Of a stretch of DNA of 64,000 nucleotides, positions 1 through 10,644 are shown in pieces. The stretch is taken from the IMG/VR virus record IMGVR_UViG_3300021400_000046, positions 85,632-149,631 of that record, one strand, 5' to 3'. The stretch comes from a virus. Lineage: Duplodnaviria > Caudoviricetes. Position numbers and translations under genes: made by a program. Every line of letters starts with the position of its first letter. The first letter of the stretch is position 1. The notes under the pieces are model-generated. The model ran no database searches, was not told the DNA's origin, and saw only the letters and a list, made by a program, of their open reading frames with translations.

Positions 1-591
1 TTCTTTTGGCGTTTCTCCATATAATTCTTTCACTGCATGGCAGTACAAATACATTTGCTTTTTATAGAGATTAAAACTGTGTTCTGATTTCTTTTTCACG
101 GTTTTACCATCTTGCTTAAATGGATATTCTGTGCTTTTGTGATCTAACACAACAATTCTGCCGTCTTTCTTATCTCTTAAAAGCAAATCTATGTAGCCTA
201 TGAAATTATAGTTATCAACCTTGAATTTGACTTCAAGTTCAACGCCAATTATCTCATAATCGTCTAACCAACTCAGATCAAGATTGTCAAAATAATCTAC
301 AACAGAATAAAATGTTTTGTCCATCGTGGCTTGTTTAACTTTATAGAAAACATTGTTATCATAGTTATCTATAAAATATTTCGTTGCATCTTCTGGCTTT
401 ATTTCGCCGGAGAATATTTTTGCAAGAATATCATGGACGAAACTACCAACTTCTGCGTAGTAGTTGTTTTCTGATAAGTAAAGATCATCGTCATTGATAA
501 CATAATCAAGGTAGTATTCATATTTACAATGAGAAAAACAGGTGGTGCGGGAGTACGACCAACGAGTTTTGTGTTCATTGTTCTGCGCCAT
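1..591 (-). CDS. PD-(D/E)XK (RecB-like) exonuclease, 3' end outside window
   Basis: Translated by hand from ATG at 591: WSYSR..C N-terminal motif, GSFVH, and E..GYIDLL..VLDHKS nuclease core. Confidence 0.85.
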   Translation of the reverse strand, partial: MAQNNEHKTRWSYSRTTCFSHCKYEYYLDYVINDDDLYLSENNYYAEVGSFVHDILAKIFSGEIKPEDATKYFIDNYDNNVFYKVKQATMDKTFYSVVDYFDNLDLSWLDDYEIIGVELEVKFKVDNYNFIGYIDLLLRDKKDGRIVVLDHKSTEYPFKQDGKTVKKKSEHSFNLYKKQMYLYCHAVKELYGETPKE

Positions 592-593
592 TC

Positions 594-1601
594 CTACACC
601 ACCTTTCTTTTATTAAGATAGAGTTCATTCCATATATCTAAACCGCAATCTGCGGGTGAGTTTTTAGCATCTTTACCGCCAAGCAGCCCATCTTTGTCCT
701 GGATGATATAGACATTCGTTATTCGTCTAAGGCGTTCTATATCTTCCCATACTTCTCCTTGCTTATAGTCAATATCTGAATCGTAGGCGAGTACAACGTC
801 TACTTTTAATTTAGCCAAAAGAGAAATCTGTTCAGGTGTTAGTGTGTGCTTTTCAGCAGATGCGCAGTTTTTGTAACCCCATCCATAGGCTTTCATAACG
901 CTCTTAATTGATTCAAATATAATGATCTCATTCTTTTCTTTTATATACGGCAATGTTATTTCCAGACCTTGAAAATAATCCATTGTACCAACTTTGTAGT
1001 AGTTCATATATTTAGCAAGTTTGAGCGCCTTATAGTTTGCGTACCTTGTTCTGCCTTTAATATTGATTAGGTTGCCGTCTATATCATAAACAGGGTAAAC
1101 AATCCTATTGCCGTATGTGTCTATCCTTATTCCAAATAAATCAAGAACATCTGGTTTAATACCCTCGCTTATCCATTCTGTTGCTTTCTCTGTTTTAGAG
1201 AATTTTTCTAATTCTTTTTTGGGTATAATCTCATGTTTGACTACTTCAATCTTTGGCATTAAAGCTGTTCTCCATCGTTTCAACATGGAGATCGTTCTTG
1301 ATTGACACATTTTTGACATATCAACATTTGCAAGAACAGAAGCCTTTTCAACTGCGCTATCAAAATCAAGACCCTCAAAGTCAATTAGAAAACCAATCAT
1401 TCCTCCTGATCTACCACAGGAAAAACAATAGTATGAATTTTTGGCGGGAGTAAACGACAATGATGCGGTTTTATCTTGATGCAGCGGGCAATGTGCGAAA
1501 TAGTCATTGCCGCGCTGTTCAAGTTCCATAGTTTGTTGGGCGTAGGCTAATAGGTCAGCGTTATCGTTGATTTCGCGGAGCATATCATCATCATATTCCA
1601 T
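594..1601 (-). CDS. DNA primase (CHC2 zinc finger + TOPRIM)
   Basis: CPLHQDKTASL..YYCFSC zinc finger; IIIFES and LAYDSD TOPRIM motifs; next to helicase. Confidence 0.92.
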   Translation of the reverse strand: MEYDDDMLREINDNADLLAYAQQTMELEQRGNDYFAHCPLHQDKTASLSFTPAKNSYYCFSCGRSGGMIGFLIDFEGLDFDSAVEKASVLANVDMSKMCQSRTISMLKRWRTALMPKIEVVKHEIIPKKELEKFSKTEKATEWISEGIKPDVLDLFGIRIDTYGNRIVYPVYDIDGNLINIKGRTRYANYKALKLAKYMNYYKVGTMDYFQGLEITLPYIKEKNEIIIFESIKSVMKAYGWGYKNCASAEKHTLTPEQISLLAKLKVDVVLAYDSDIDYKQGEVWEDIERLRRITNVYIIQDKDGLLGGKDAKNSPADCGLDIWNELYLNKRKVV

Positions 1602-1622
1602 CCAACCGTTTGCCTCCCGTCA

Positions 1623-2963
1623 TTAGAATGTGCTATCTTTTTTGTGTTGTGCAGCCTCAACAATTGTCATTGTGTCGCCCGAAAATACAAAGTCGATATA
1701 ATCATCTTCATCGAGCATCTGTTGCCCCAATCTGTTCACATAGATTTTTGCATAAGCATTACCACAAGCCATTCCGTCATTTGCTATCATTTCTTGTGTC
1801 TTATAACCCCACTTAATGCCAACAGATAGATAACGGTTGATCTTGTCTGAGTCTGCAACCTCACCAACACGGTTGAGCTGGCAAGCAGATAGGACGGCAA
1901 GATCAAGCTCACCGGCAATTCTATTCTTTAGGAAATCGCACTTCGCACCGAGGATATTGTAGTTATCGCTTGTGCTGGTTTCATTTGATTTGATATAGTC
2001 ATAAACCACAAATGCAAGCCCCATCTTGTATTTTAGCATTTTGCAGATCGAGTAAAGTTTTTCATTTGTCATGTTTGGATCATAAATATGAACAAATGGT
2101 TGGTCTTTGATCCATTTAATACACGCTTTAATCTTTTCTGCTTCTGCATCAGTGTAGTTACCGTTTTTGATGCGTTTAATTTCAATTCCGGTAATGTGTG
2201 AAATAAGTCTTTCTGTATAAAGCCGTGTTTGCATTTCTGTATCAATTACAAGAGTTGGTACACCATTTTTAAGTTTATGAACAACTTCATTCATAAGAAA
2301 AACAGTTTTGCCGTTTTTATATTTTGCTTGTAGAACAACTAATTCACCAGTTTCATATGAAAAGAAGTTATTAAACAAGCTATACTTTGATGGGATGCCA
2401 TATGTACCGTTATCATTTCGCCGGTCACATATTTCTTTCCAAATATCATCAATTTCTGAGCCAAGTGTATGCACTTCGTTAGAAGAAATGTATTTTTGAG
2501 TCAATTTGTCAAGTTCGTCATATACTTCATTGCTTAACGCATCTAAACTTTTATTCTTCTTAAAGCACTTAGCGGAAATGCCGTTTAATGTTTTAATCAG
2601 ATCACGCTTGAAGGCGAATGTTACAATGTTCTCTGCAAGCATGATATATTCTTCTAATGAATCTCGTGCAGTTTCTTTATATAGTTCTAAAAATTCTTGG
2701 ACAGATGGGAGGTTATATTTCTCAATGGTTTTAGAAACGCCTGGGTGACTTTGGAGCTTATTTGAAATGTTATAAGCATCAATATTTGTTATGCCCTCTT
2801 TGTATAACTCTTGTATCGCCCAATAAATGCAGCCGTTTTCTACACCATAAAAATAGTTAGGATGGAGATAATCAGTGTGTAGTATAAAATCTGGATGTTG
2901 AATCAGTGTCCCGATTACTCCGCTTTCAGATTGAATATCGGATAGTTCATTTATATCCATCAC
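1623..2963 (-). CDS. DnaB-like replicative helicase
   Basis: DnaB-like N-terminus (SESGVIGTL), Walker A variant AKYKNGKT, IDTEM, VVYDYI, CQLNR. Confidence 0.92.
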   Translation of the reverse strand: MMDINELSDIQSESGVIGTLIQHPDFILHTDYLHPNYFYGVENGCIYWAIQELYKEGITNIDAYNISNKLQSHPGVSKTIEKYNLPSVQEFLELYKETARDSLEEYIMLAENIVTFAFKRDLIKTLNGISAKCFKKNKSLDALSNEVYDELDKLTQKYISSNEVHTLGSEIDDIWKEICDRRNDNGTYGIPSKYSLFNNFFSYETGELVVLQAKYKNGKTVFLMNEVVHKLKNGVPTLVIDTEMQTRLYTERLISHITGIEIKRIKNGNYTDAEAEKIKACIKWIKDQPFVHIYDPNMTNEKLYSICKMLKYKMGLAFVVYDYIKSNETSTSDNYNILGAKCDFLKNRIAGELDLAVLSACQLNRVGEVADSDKINRYLSVGIKWGYKTQEMIANDGMACGNAYAKIYVNRLGQQMLDEDDYIDFVFSGDTMTIVEAAQHKKDSTF

Positions 2964-3472
2964 TTATCACCTCCAAATACACTACCGAAACCAAATTTCT
3001 TTTTTGGAAGATTAAATGATGGCGTATCGTCACTATCTTTAGCAGTAAAACCATTGAGATCAATTTTGTTCTCTTTTGCTTTCTGCTTCTGGTAAGCATC
3101 CTGGATTTCTTTCTTGTTTACGAAATACTTAAAGCCGCCAGGAAACCTTAATGGCATTTTGTTTTTAACTACATAATCAAAAACAAACACTAAATATTCG
3201 GATGAAATACCTCTTACGAGAAGATTGTTTAGCTCACGGAACAACTGACTAAAGACAACTGTTTGGTCGATATGTAATACCCATTGATTTTTGATATACT
3301 GAAGGTCGGACTTTGTTTTTTCGTCTTTCCATTCTCCGGCTCTCTTTTTCTTCAAGCATTCCGTATGGTAATACATTGATTTGCCAACAAGGGTATAATC
3401 ATCTTTTGTTATATCAATCGTCTTACATGGACACATTTCATATCTGCAAGTCTTAATGTCAGTTTTTCTCAC
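2960..3472 (-). CDS. hypothetical replication-associated protein with N-terminal Cys/His cluster
   Basis: 170-aa ORF coupled to helicase; CRY..C..YHTEC. Confidence 0.65.
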   Translation of the reverse strand: MRKTDIKTCRYEMCPCKTIDITKDDYTLVGKSMYYHTECLKKKRAGEWKDEKTKSDLQYIKNQWVLHIDQTVVFSQLFRELNNLLVRGISSEYLVFVFDYVVKNKMPLRFPGGFKYFVNKKEIQDAYQKQKAKENKIDLNGFTAKDSDDTPSFNLPKKKFGFGSVFGGDK

Positions 3473-3473
3473 T

Positions 3474-4091
3474 TTATTCCTCTCTTTCTAACAAATATGT
3501 TGATTCAAGATCGGATAAGTGTAATGCAAGAACAAGAGGGTATTTACGAATTGCAAGGCCAAGCGCATTCCAATTCTCTTTTGGCTCTGTAAAACCCATA
3601 TGCCAACGAATCGCATATCTCTCTGCTGGTTGCAATTTGATAAATTCTTCAATCATCATTACGGACTTTTCACCATGCCCATAAGGAATTTTATCGTCTA
3701 CGGTATAGCCAGGAACGGAAACCCAATCAAATCTACCGTTTGAGTCTGACTTCGCACCAGTTTCGCTATAAACCTTCTTATTTTTGAACTCCGTAACATA
3801 GTAATAGCATTTACACAAATCATGGAGCAATGCTGCAATAATTAAGCTATCTTCTGTCAGGTTTCCAAAAGAGTCCTTCCAAACACTATCTTTTACTTTT
3901 TCTATAAGACGGTCATAAACATTAAGCGTATGTTCTAACAAGCCACCTTCATGACAAGAGTGAAACCTTGTTGAAGCCGGGGCGGTATAGAAGTCTGACT
4001 TTCTAATAAACTCAATCAGACTATCTACACCGTCACGTTTTGTACTCTTTAATAAATGTTCAAACCGTTCTACATTTTTGTTCTCTACCAT
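3474..4091 (-). CDS. HD-domain phosphohydrolase
   Basis: APASTRFH, GGLLEH, LLHDLCK, GHGEKS, RWHMG, HLSD. Confidence 0.9.
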   Translation of the reverse strand: MVENKNVERFEHLLKSTKRDGVDSLIEFIRKSDFYTAPASTRFHSCHEGGLLEHTLNVYDRLIEKVKDSVWKDSFGNLTEDSLIIAALLHDLCKCYYYVTEFKNKKVYSETGAKSDSNGRFDWVSVPGYTVDDKIPYGHGEKSVMMIEEFIKLQPAERYAIRWHMGFTEPKENWNALGLAIRKYPLVLALHLSDLESTYLLEREE

Positions 4092-4096
4092 GATAA

Positions 4097-4585
4097 TTAG
4101 AACGGCAGATCGTTGTCGTCATCATCTTCTTCAACTTCCTTCTTCTTTTCCTTGGAAGCCTTTGAAGCGGCTGACTTCTTCGCAGAGCCAGACGAAGCGT
4201 TGCTATCAAGCAGATCGAAGTCATAAATCACATAATTGTTATAACCCTTCTTGGTTTCTGCGTTGTAAGGAGTGGTAGCTTCACAATTCGTAATCTGAAT
4301 ACCTACACCCTTTTCAGAAACTTCGATGTTCTGTGCCTTGTTATGTGCTTTGCCAACAAGACGAACAAAACCAGACTGGAAATCAGTCTCATAACCTTCG
4401 CCATCTCTGCGCTTTTTGCTCGTAGAAACCTTGGCAACGGAGTACCGCCCATTATCCTCAACACTCCAAATTCGCGCAAAGCCGCCAACTTGATTAGACT
4501 TTAGCGCAGCTTCTAACTTGTCCTGGTCAACCTTCAGCGCAGCGGCGGCCTTTTCAAGATTATAACTATTACTTCTAAATCCCAT
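4097..4585 (-). CDS. single-stranded DNA-binding protein
   Basis: Acidic tail EEDDDDNDLPF and OB-fold-like core; probable start ATG (MGFRSN) at 4585; next to annealase. Confidence 0.8.
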   Translation of the reverse strand: MGFRSNSYNLEKAAAALKVDQDKLEAALKSNQVGGFARIWSVEDNGRYSVAKVSTSKKRRDGEGYETDFQSGFVRLVGKAHNKAQNIEVSEKGVGIQITNCEATTPYNAETKKGYNNYVIYDFDLLDSNASSGSAKKSAASKASKEKKKEVEEDDDDNDLPF

Positions 4586-4592
4586 GTTTTTC

Positions 4593-5228
4593 TCACTTTC
4601 TAACAGCAAGAAGCTGTTTCCTTAACTTTTCAAGCACATCAGCATCATTGATGTTTGAAATCTTACCAGTAATAAATTCATCTTCCATATCGGGGTTTAC
4701 AGACTTCTCAGCAGCTTTACAAAGCTCAATAGCCTTTCCCTTCGCCTTTTCAGACAATGCAGACTTCTTCTTCGCAAGTTCTGCAACTTCATCCTGAAGG
4801 TCAATTACTCTCGAAACCAATTCAGGGAGTTCTTCGCCCTCAAAGAGATGGAGTGACAATCCGTGCATAGCACAGGCTTTAACAAGGCAACGCTTCATAC
4901 TCTTGTTAGCATCAACGCTTGTAATCTGATCTGCCGGAATAGATTTATTCTTAAAATCCATGATCGCAAGCGTTTCAACGATTTCAAGACCTTCAATAGT
5001 AACACCAACTTCAACCCAACCAGTACGGCCATCATCGTGCCAATAACGGGTGTTGCCATTTTCATCAACTTGTGGATAAACCTTGAATGTTGCATCTGGA
5101 TAAGCCTTTTTAACTTCTGCCCAAGCGGAAGCCCAAGCGAGGTATTTCAGGCCGTTCTTCTCTTTGAACTTGTCAGATAGGTCAATCTTGCTCAATGTTT
5201 CAAAGACATTTGTTTTATTTGCGTCCAT
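4593..5228 (-). CDS. Sak/Rad52-like single-strand annealing protein (DUF1071-like)
   Basis: LKYLAWASAW, MDFKNKSI, NKSMKRCLVKACAMHGL. Confidence 0.88.
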   Translation of the reverse strand: MDANKTNVFETLSKIDLSDKFKEKNGLKYLAWASAWAEVKKAYPDATFKVYPQVDENGNTRYWHDDGRTGWVEVGVTIEGLEIVETLAIMDFKNKSIPADQITSVDANKSMKRCLVKACAMHGLSLHLFEGEELPELVSRVIDLQDEVAELAKKKSALSEKAKGKAIELCKAAEKSVNPDMEDEFITGKISNINDADVLEKLRKQLLAVRK

Positions 5229-5238
5229 TAACTAACTC

Positions 5239-6027
5239 CTAATCATCTTCTATAATTTGGAAATGTAAATTACCTGTATGTTTCCTTTTACCATGACATA
5301 CCGCAGATATTTTACTCATACTACATCCAGTATCTATCGACGCTTCTTTAACTGTTTCATACACTTTGCCAGTATCTAAACAAATAACACGTCTTGCATT
5401 TGGATTTTGAGCGCCAGAATACCAGATTTTGTTTTTCTTCATCTTCTCTATCGCTTCTTTTGATTTTGAAGCATGATTCAATTTTTCAATATGCTCTTTT
5501 GACAGTTTCTTACCATACATAGGATTATTTTTACCAGAACAATCATAATGGTTGTCTTTCATTTTATCTTTGGTTTCCTTTGAGAAAACTCTACCTTTTA
5601 ATGCTGCGCTTATTTTTATCCCGAATCCGTCTGGTTTTGGTATACCTTTTCTGCTTTCGCTCATTTTTCTTTTCGCTTCTTCTGTGTGATGTTTACCAAA
5701 CCACGGGCTATCGCTACCAGAATAACCTTCGCCACCAGGAGTTACATTGTAGCCATAATCAGTATTTCTGGTTTTATATTGAGAAATCATTTCTATTTCT
5801 CTTTCTTTTGCAGTTTTTTCATCAAGATCAGAAAACAGTATTTCATGTTCAAAGTTACTCCACCCATATTTTTTAATTGCGTTATTAAAATGTGGAGAAC
5901 TCTTATATCCTTTACCGTTTCTAAACCTTTGATTTAATTCTTGGCAAGTAATCCCTATATACTTTTTGCCGTTTATCTTATTAGTATGGCAATAAACAAC
6001 ATATTTTTTATCTTCATTATGCTTCAT
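5239..6027 (-). mobile_element. free-standing GIY-YIG homing endonuclease with NUMOD3/NUMOD1 repeats
   Basis: VVYCHTNKINGKKYIGIT, GYNVTPGG, GKHHTEEAKRKMSE, NPMYGK, C-terminal VICLDTGKVY HTH. Confidence 0.9.
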
Positions 6028-6130
6028 AATAAATCACAGCCAATGCGGTATGCCGTTAATAAACAAACAAATTAACCACCTCCAAATAATTTGGTATCTA
6101 TATATCATCACTCAAAAGAGTGTAATTGTA

Positions 6131-7120
6131 TCAATGTGCCTGTTCATCTGCAAAATGAAGAAGCATAATATCATTCATCATATCTTCACCGAGCAAAGCA
6201 ACATCTCGTTTCTTTGCCTTTTCAGATTGTTTCCATTCCATATATGGAGCCATGTGATAATAGATAAGGTTTATTACTCTAACCATATCTTTATAAGCTC
6301 CGATCTGGTTTATGTAAAACATTGCATTATAAGCGCCTACATTTTGATGATTGTAGTAATGGTAATCTCCATCAAATTCACGCTTTGAATTTAGCCGCGT
6401 TTTCGTGTACAGTTTGCCATTATCATGTAATAATGCTGCCAGTTGCAAAGCATAATCATCTGGCCTTTGTTTCTTCACATACTCATAGGCTGCAATGCTA
6501 TGCCCACCAAGAGTAAGAGTATGATGCTTGTTATCCTGGCTAAAACCATTTGCTTTTTTCAAATACGATTGGAGATCAAATTCTTTTTGTGGTGTATGAG
6601 TAATGTTTTTATTCTCGTCAAGATATGAGAACACAAATTGAATATAGTCAAAGCCCTCGTTGAAATCAGGCGGTGCAAAGCTCATTTGCATACGTTTGAT
6701 AACGTCTACAGGAACCTTACGCTCTCTTTGATTGTTATTGTGCAAACAAGCGTCAAAAGTTGTTGCAAAACAAATACAGTATTTCTCGCAATTAATATTC
6801 TTTAATTCTGAAATGAACTGTATACGGGTTTTCTTTTTTAAGCAAGTTGCATCATAAACAACATCTTTACCAGAAGAAAGATCACGTTTAATTCTTGCAT
6901 GAAGTTCATTAAACAGTTTGCCATTATCGCCTTGGATTGCCTCGTCTCCATACAATTCTTTTCGTAGAGCATCGGACGAATGAATAACAGGTCGAGTTGT
7001 TCTTCCGTCTGGATTGGTAATCTCAATGTTCTTTGCGTATGTACTCTTTCCACTACCAGGCAAACCAATAGTCATAATCAAAATTGGGTTGTCATGGTAT
7101 TTATTGATAATATCACTCAT
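6131..7120 (-). CDS. polynucleotide kinase (P-loop) fused to HD phosphatase
   Basis: GLPGSGKST, SSDALR, VVYDAT; C-terminal H..H, LLHDNGK, YHM, ADEQAH. Confidence 0.88.
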   Translation of the reverse strand: MSDIINKYHDNPILIMTIGLPGSGKSTYAKNIEITNPDGRTTRPVIHSSDALRKELYGDEAIQGDNGKLFNELHARIKRDLSSGKDVVYDATCLKKKTRIQFISELKNINCEKYCICFATTFDACLHNNNQRERKVPVDVIKRMQMSFAPPDFNEGFDYIQFVFSYLDENKNITHTPQKEFDLQSYLKKANGFSQDNKHHTLTLGGHSIAAYEYVKKQRPDDYALQLAALLHDNGKLYTKTRLNSKREFDGDYHYYNHQNVGAYNAMFYINQIGAYKDMVRVINLIYYHMAPYMEWKQSEKAKKRDVALLGEDMMNDIMLLHFADEQAH

Positions 7121-7428
7121 TCTTCATCTTTCTTTGCACTTATGGGATTAATTTCTTCTTCTGTAACTTCACCGTTATTCTTTTCCTGTGGTGCTTGTTC
7201 TTGCTTTTCATCTTTGATAACAAGTTTACCGTTTTGTAGATTTCTACCGCAATACTTCTTCGCAGATTCAAGACGTTTCATAAGTGGAAGCGAACTGTCT
7301 GTAAGCAAATCATAAATAACTTTACTAACAGACTGTGCGCCAACAGACAACCCACGGTAAAATTGCTTTTTCATTGCGTCACGCAACACTTCATCAAATT
7401 TGTTTTCTTGTTCTTTAGTAAGTGCCAT
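7117..7428 (-). CDS. hypothetical protein
   Basis: ORF with GGAG RBS, coupled to neighbours. Confidence 0.6.
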   Translation of the reverse strand: MALTKEQENKFDEVLRDAMKKQFYRGLSVGAQSVSKVIYDLLTDSSLPLMKRLESAKKYCGRNLQNGKLVIKDEKQEQAPQEKNNGEVTEEEINPISAKKDEE

Positions 7429-7438
7429 TTTTCTCTCC

Positions 7439-8614
7439 TTAACCGTTGTGCTTCAAAAGATATTCTCTTGAAACATTTTTGAAACTAAAGTCATTTGTCG
7501 GATCACGAAGTACAACACCTTCGCGCATTACATTAGGATTGACAACAGACTTCGCCGTTGCATATTCCTTAAATTCCTCCATATCATTCGGCACATGATA
7601 ATCAACATCGAGAATTGGAACAAATTTCATACCAAAACCAACAATAATCTTCTCTGCATCTACCGATGATAAACGCCCTTTATCAGAACGAATGAAGTTA
7701 AACACATATAGATCATCTTCTTTTAGTTTTAGAGGATTACCTTGAACGCTACCTACGGACTCCCCCTGAATACACACATATTTCAGCTCTGGATTATCAA
7801 GTAAATATTGCTTCAACTTTGCCTCAATGTTGTATTTAAGTGCCATTTCCCAATAAATGTTCTTGTCGTGATAACACTTTTGGTCAATGGATTTCTGCCG
7901 GACGTTCCTGGAAAGAACATAGAACTCAAACTTCTTTCTCCCTTTGCGTTCCATGATATATGTAGATGAAGTTCCATCCAGCTTTTCAGTAACAATCAGA
8001 GGTCTTTCATAACCAAGTACCCACGGAATATTTTCGCAGCGTTCCTCGTCTGTCTTATGTACAAATGGAAAATGAGTAGGAAATGCAAGAGGCTTATCTT
8101 TCTTCTTACCAAAGAAAAAGAACATGATCTTTCTGCCGATTTTTGTTCTCATAATCTTGCGCACAATCGGCTTTCTGAAAATCTTTTGGTGACGAGCTGC
8201 CATTGCCTTATACTTATCATTTGGGTTTGCTGTATTTGACTTTCGCACATTATCTTCTGCAACAGCATAAGTCACTTTCAGCAGATCAGTAACATCGCTA
8301 CCAACTTCTAACCCGTCCAATTCAGGGAACATGGAAACTGGTAGGAGCAGCCCTTGTGAGTAGACCTTGCACATCTTCTGTGTTTTGATCTTGTAATGTT
8401 TTGCTTGAAGGAATGCAAATCTTTCATCAGTCTCAGGCACTTTGCTATCAACCTCGAAATACACAGCCTTTTCGCCAACCTTCAACTCACCAAGTCGAAT
8501 AACACACCACCAACCGTTAGTTCGTGCGTGTTCAACTCTGTCATAGTTTGGGATAGGCCGGACTTCATCAACGGTTACGATATAAGCCAACGCTCTTTTA
8601 TCGTTTATAATCAT
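7439..8614 (-). CDS. RNA ligase (DRB0094/Rnl2-like family)
   Basis: N-terminal RALAYI..VYFEVDS..YSQGL domain; KTDEER; TEKLDGTS motif I; QGES; REGVVLR..SFK. Confidence 0.9.
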   Translation of the reverse strand: MIINDKRALAYIVTVDEVRPIPNYDRVEHARTNGWWCVIRLGELKVGEKAVYFEVDSKVPETDERFAFLQAKHYKIKTQKMCKVYSQGLLLPVSMFPELDGLEVGSDVTDLLKVTYAVAEDNVRKSNTANPNDKYKAMAARHQKIFRKPIVRKIMRTKIGRKIMFFFFGKKKDKPLAFPTHFPFVHKTDEERCENIPWVLGYERPLIVTEKLDGTSSTYIMERKGRKKFEFYVLSRNVRQKSIDQKCYHDKNIYWEMALKYNIEAKLKQYLLDNPELKYVCIQGESVGSVQGNPLKLKEDDLYVFNFIRSDKGRLSSVDAEKIIVGFGMKFVPILDVDYHVPNDMEEFKEYATAKSVVNPNVMREGVVLRDPTNDFSFKNVSREYLLKHNG

Positions 8615-8825
8615 TTGATTTCCTCACAGTCTTATTTTTCTTTTTATTATTTGCTTTCTTTCTTGCCATCCTTGTTTTCATAACTATTTCTTGCGGAGTA
8701 AAAATTAGCGGAATTGGTTTTGTTTCTGAATAGCACTTCGGGCAACGATATAACTTATATGACTTTTTATTCGGCTCAAATCTCATAACTGATCGCATAA
8801 GCGTGTTGCAATGCTTACAAAACAT
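8598..8825 (-). CDS. small zinc-ribbon protein with basic tail
   Basis: CKHC..CPKC. Confidence 0.55.
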   Translation of the reverse strand: MFCKHCNTLMRSVMRFEPNKKSYKLYRCPKCYSETKPIPLIFTPQEIVMKTRMARKKANNKKKNKTVRKSNDYKR

Positions 8826-8827
8826 TT

Positions 8828-9400
8828 TTATCCCTCCTGTACAGGCATTTCATTTCCCCAAACATCGAAACCTGGATGCTCATAACGGGCATATAATTCA
8901 AGTTTTTTCAAGTTTGGATAAAGGCGATTGATAATTTCGTATGAAAGCTCTGGCTTTTGGCTATGCCGCCTAACTTGTTCTGTAAAAACAGTATGTATTT
9001 TACCGCGTTCATCTGGTGCAACTGGAATAAGTTTACCTTTGTACATATAAAGCAGATACTCATGCCCAAATCTAACCGTGAATGCTGCTGGAATACCAGT
9101 GACTTTATTCCAGACCATCCTTGCATGAAGTTTATAACCCAATTCTTCGGCTATTTGTTGTGCTTCAAATAGGTATTTATCAATAGTCCAAAGAAACAAA
9201 ATTGAGTTCTCCCCCGGAGCAAGGCTTGTAGCTTGCCGCAAATGATCTTTGATTTCTTCAAGTGAACACACCGGGTAATCAAGCTCTGTGCCACTGCTTT
9301 GTGGTCTAACACTTTTCTTCCCGCCTTTTGCTTGCCTCCAAGGTGGATCGGCAAGAATTAGATCATATTGCCTATCTGTTTTCCAAATATCAACTCGCAT
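8828..9400 (-). CDS. MT-A70 family adenine methyltransferase
   Basis: ILADPPW, LFLW, VWNK, RHSQKP, LELYAR..WGNE. Confidence 0.92.
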   Translation of the reverse strand: MRVDIWKTDRQYDLILADPPWRQAKGGKKSVRPQSSGTELDYPVCSLEEIKDHLRQATSLAPGENSILFLWTIDKYLFEAQQIAEELGYKLHARMVWNKVTGIPAAFTVRFGHEYLLYMYKGKLIPVAPDERGKIHTVFTEQVRRHSQKPELSYEIINRLYPNLKKLELYARYEHPGFDVWGNEMPVQEG

Positions 9401-9635
9401 GGTTTACTCCTGTGAATAGTTGAATTGCTGTGTAAATCAAAAACACAATTATTAAGATAAATATAGAGCAAAGTGAAAAGAACGAAACCGCAGCAAGTAT
9501 ATTTGACACTTTCTCATTCTTATTTTTGTTTCCTTTCGCTCTGTCTGAGAAATATCCGCAAAAGAAGAATGAAACAATGGTCATTAACGCCAATGCAATG
9601 AAAATCGCTAATGAAATATCAAATACTCTACTCAT
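9390..9635 (-). CDS. small two-TM membrane protein
   Basis: Two hydrophobic stretches. Confidence 0.55.
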   Translation of the reverse strand: MSRVFDISLAIFIALALMTIVSFFFCGYFSDRAKGNKNKNEKVSNILAAVSFFSLCSIFILIIVFLIYTAIQLFTGVNHAS

Positions 9636-10435
9636 TGTAATGCAATCCTTTTAACTGTGTTATATACTTCTTCCCATGAATTAACACGAATCATGTCATT
9701 TAATTCTGCATTATAACTTTTATTGTGTGGTGCAGACATTAAAATTTTGTGATAATCGCCGCCTTCTAAATTATGAGTCCCATCATCAATCAAGAAATCA
9801 GCTTTAATCATTTGCTTATTATGTGCTACAATAATTTTTCGCCAATCAATAAACGGGAAGTATCTCTTAATAATAGCTTCATATTTTGGTTTTACATTTC
9901 TGTAATCTGTAGAAGTGCAAAGATAAACATTAAAACCATCATTCACCATCATTTCCAAATACTTGATCGCCCCCGGTATCGGCTCAATCGTGTACCAGAA
10001 ATCATCATCATGCAGCGGTTCATAAACCTGTTCTTTTGTTAGAGAAGGAAAGAATTTAGATACATCCCAATCTGTAATATCCTCATGCTTGACGAATGTG
10101 CCATATCGTTCATTAAGCCATCTACACCAAGCACCGCACAAATCTTCAATCGTATCATCAATATCAACCAAGACGGTAAAATCTTCTGGTTTCTTACCAT
10201 CGTTATCAATCCACTTTCCCATATCAAGATAACCTTGCACATATGAAGTAGCCACAGTATAAATTCTTTGCCCGCAGCAATTACATATTCCATATATCTT
10301 TTCGCCGTCATATTCATAGTGGAACATATTAGAGCCGCATTCACACGGGTTCTTCTGACCTTCAATAAAGAACTGCCACAGTTCAGTCCCGTTATCATGG
10401 TATAATGTTTTCATCTTTGTATCACATCTTTTCAC
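9632..10435 (-). CDS. 5'(3')-deoxyribonucleotidase (HAD) with N-terminal Cys-rich extension
   Basis: VDIDDTI, LIDDGTHNL, APHN; N-terminal CECG..CNCC. Confidence 0.85.
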   Translation of the reverse strand: MKRCDTKMKTLYHDNGTELWQFFIEGQKNPCECGSNMFHYEYDGEKIYGICNCCGQRIYTVATSYVQGYLDMGKWIDNDGKKPEDFTVLVDIDDTIEDLCGAWCRWLNERYGTFVKHEDITDWDVSKFFPSLTKEQVYEPLHDDDFWYTIEPIPGAIKYLEMMVNDGFNVYLCTSTDYRNVKPKYEAIIKRYFPFIDWRKIIVAHNKQMIKADFLIDDGTHNLEGGDYHKILMSAPHNKSYNAELNDMIRVNSWEEVYNTVKRIALQ

Positions 10436-10644
10436 AACAGTATTTAATCATAAATAAAAACGTCAATCAACATTGACACCGATATATTCTAAATCTGTGT
10501 TCATTTGGTTATCCTTAATTATCTTTTTCAATATATGAATATGCTCCTGGGATTAACTGGACTTTATTCTTTACATCAAGAGCGTCATCATAATTAAGCC
10601 CACTTGCATAAACATAATCATCACCGTCTGCGCCAATCATAACT

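Noticed and set aside
5239-6130. Group I intron around the GIY-YIG gene
   Set aside because: Both flanking genes are complete and there is no room for an intron core
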